Positions 62,112 to 64,000 of a stretch of DNA of 64,000 nucleotides are shown piece by piece; the first letter of the stretch is position 1, and each line of letters starts with the position of its first letter. The stretch is from assembly GCA_977016875.1 (NCBI GenBank), contig CDRNST010000229.1, positions 124,001-188,000 on the forward strand, in the 5' to 3' direction. The position numbers and the translations under genes were made by a program. This DNA is from Pavona decussata. Its lineage: Eukaryota. The notes under the pieces are model-generated. The model did no database searches. It had not been told where the DNA came from and was given only the letters and a program-made list of their open reading frames with translations.

Positions 62112-64000
62112 TGGATTAGATACAAAGGAAACTCATGAGCATTGGTTCAATGCAAATATAACAGACATCGCTGAACTGTCGATGCGCTTCTGTGAAATCG
62201 CGTGACCATAAGGCGTTGGCTGAAATTCAGTCACGTGAGAGATCAGGGGTGTAGCTGTCACGTCAGCTTTAATCGTATTTGCCTGGATGTCGGTAATACA
62301 CTTGTGGAACTGATTAAATATGATTTGTTTTCTTTTTCTTTCCTTTTCTTTTCTTTTCTTTTTACTTTCCTTGATCCTATATTGTTATCCGATTGTAACT
62401 CATTGTAACTCTGGCCCTGAGAAAGACTAGTGGTACTATTTAAAACAATTAGCCCAAATAAACAAGTCCTTAGTCATAGTGTCAGTTTGGTTTATTTACA
62501 CGTAATGTGGCGTCTGGCACGCGCATTTTGATGCAAGAGATCCGGCAACAAAACATATTCAGAACAATTTATTTGTGCATCGTGTGGTCCCCTATGCATA
62601 CACCAAATCTTCGTCTTCTTTCTCATATTTGTCTACCACATCTTGATTTGTTATTCCTCGCACCACTGACCCCCTGTGACAGAAGAAAAGAAGACAAGGA
62701 CATAAGACACATTATTATAATTATCATGTGAACTGACATTAAATTTGTTTTCATAGGATGACATGTTTTTGTGCGATTTTTTGGAAATCGCAAAAATCGC
62801 GAAAATAAGTAACAATCATGTATATCGAAACAAATAAACTTTTAAGTATTACATTACAAATCATTCCTCAATTCATATGATGCGTCTTCTTGAAAATGCA
62901 TTCAATAAATATTAATCCGTTATAAAAGGCCATACACCACCTCGAAATTTACTTGAACGGAAGATATGTAATTTTTAGGAATTTCAAATTCTCAAAGTTC
63001 TTCACATAGAATTAAGTAAATACTGTCGAACGTAGAACAAAACGATACTCCTCTCAGAACAAAATGGTCCTTTCAAATAAAGCGTTCATAGACTCGATTA
63101 ATTTTTGTCAGGTCACAGCATGCGAGCGAAACACGCGAGAACTCGCAAAAATCGCCTCCCGCGGGGAAAACGGCGCGCGCGGAGGGAACAGAAAATTATT
63201 TTTGCGTTCTGCGTGTCGCGTCTATTAGTTATGTCTTGAATGATAGGCCAATCCCTTTGCAGTACGTTTTGAATAAAGGTTTTGCTCTCAACTCAAGTGT
63301 TGCTTGCTCTACTATCTCTGAAAGAAATTAGAAGCTTAAAACGAAGATTCATACATACTTGTGATGTGATTAATGCATCCGCCGCAAATCATGCAATCTG
63401 GTTTATTTCATTCTATTTTCTGACGCGATCCACAGCAATTACACGCGCGTATGATGGAATACATCATTTAAAGTATAAAAATTGTTATATCAAAGGGATC
63501 GACAAACTAATATCTGAAAATGGTTTTTTACTACGTCCTGTCTCCGTGGTTTAACGTGGTTCTCCGTGGTTTATCTTTAACTACTGTAAATTTCCTCAGT
63601 CTCCCACTTTTAGTATTGGCTTTATAGTTTAAAATGTACGATACCATTTTGTGATGTTTAATTCAGTCAAATAGCTATGTTCCTTTGACCCTCAACATTT
63701 GCACGATGACTAATCAAATTCGCAAATAAAAAGGTCGGTTGTCCTCTCTTAGGGCAAACGTTAAAGTGCCCCTAATCCTTCAATTTGTTTGTTTTTTTTT
63801 TTGGTAGATTTCCATATCTTTTAAGAACTCATTTTCGAAAAAATTTTTGAGAAATATTTAATCCTTTTCTTTTTTTTTAAGAGCGCTAGAAGTGAAGGCA
63901 GTCTTGTCGATATTTTCACCTATCGTTCGCATTAGTCCCCCACCCGGCCAAATGTGTCCAACTATGGAGCGTGACGTAAGAAAAGGACATCGTGCAAAAA

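Overview
This is eukaryotic, AT-rich, intron-containing animal DNA. It is most likely a scleractinian coral, judged from the MITE families and gene content (inference). There are three N-gaps (16115-16250, 25092-25237, 49911-50145). Genes were rebuilt by hand from GT-AG splice sites and reading-frame continuity. In order: 3' part of TSEN2 (+); a 249-aa Arg-rich protein with a Btz/SELOR-like motif (-); HS1BP3 (-); MTMR9 pseudophosphatase (-, 14 exons, young L2-type LINE fragment in its last intron), head-to-head with UQCC2 (+); an intronless Fem-1 (-); two divergent GT43 glucuronosyltransferase (B3GAT) paralogues. The last gene is the most unusual: a Mind bomb-derived chimera (-). It keeps the Mib-Herc2/ZZ/Mib-Herc2 substrate-binding module but has no REP or RING domains. 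It continues through three 99-nt ankyrin exons into a BC-box-like motif and a large intron-free ankyrin exon that holds an unnamed ~60-aa inserted domain. That terminal exon occurs twice in tandem with the same splice phase, suggesting alternative last exons. Introns and spacers are full of MITEs, SINEs, nested insertions and a CACTA-ended element carrying a tRNA-like cassette.
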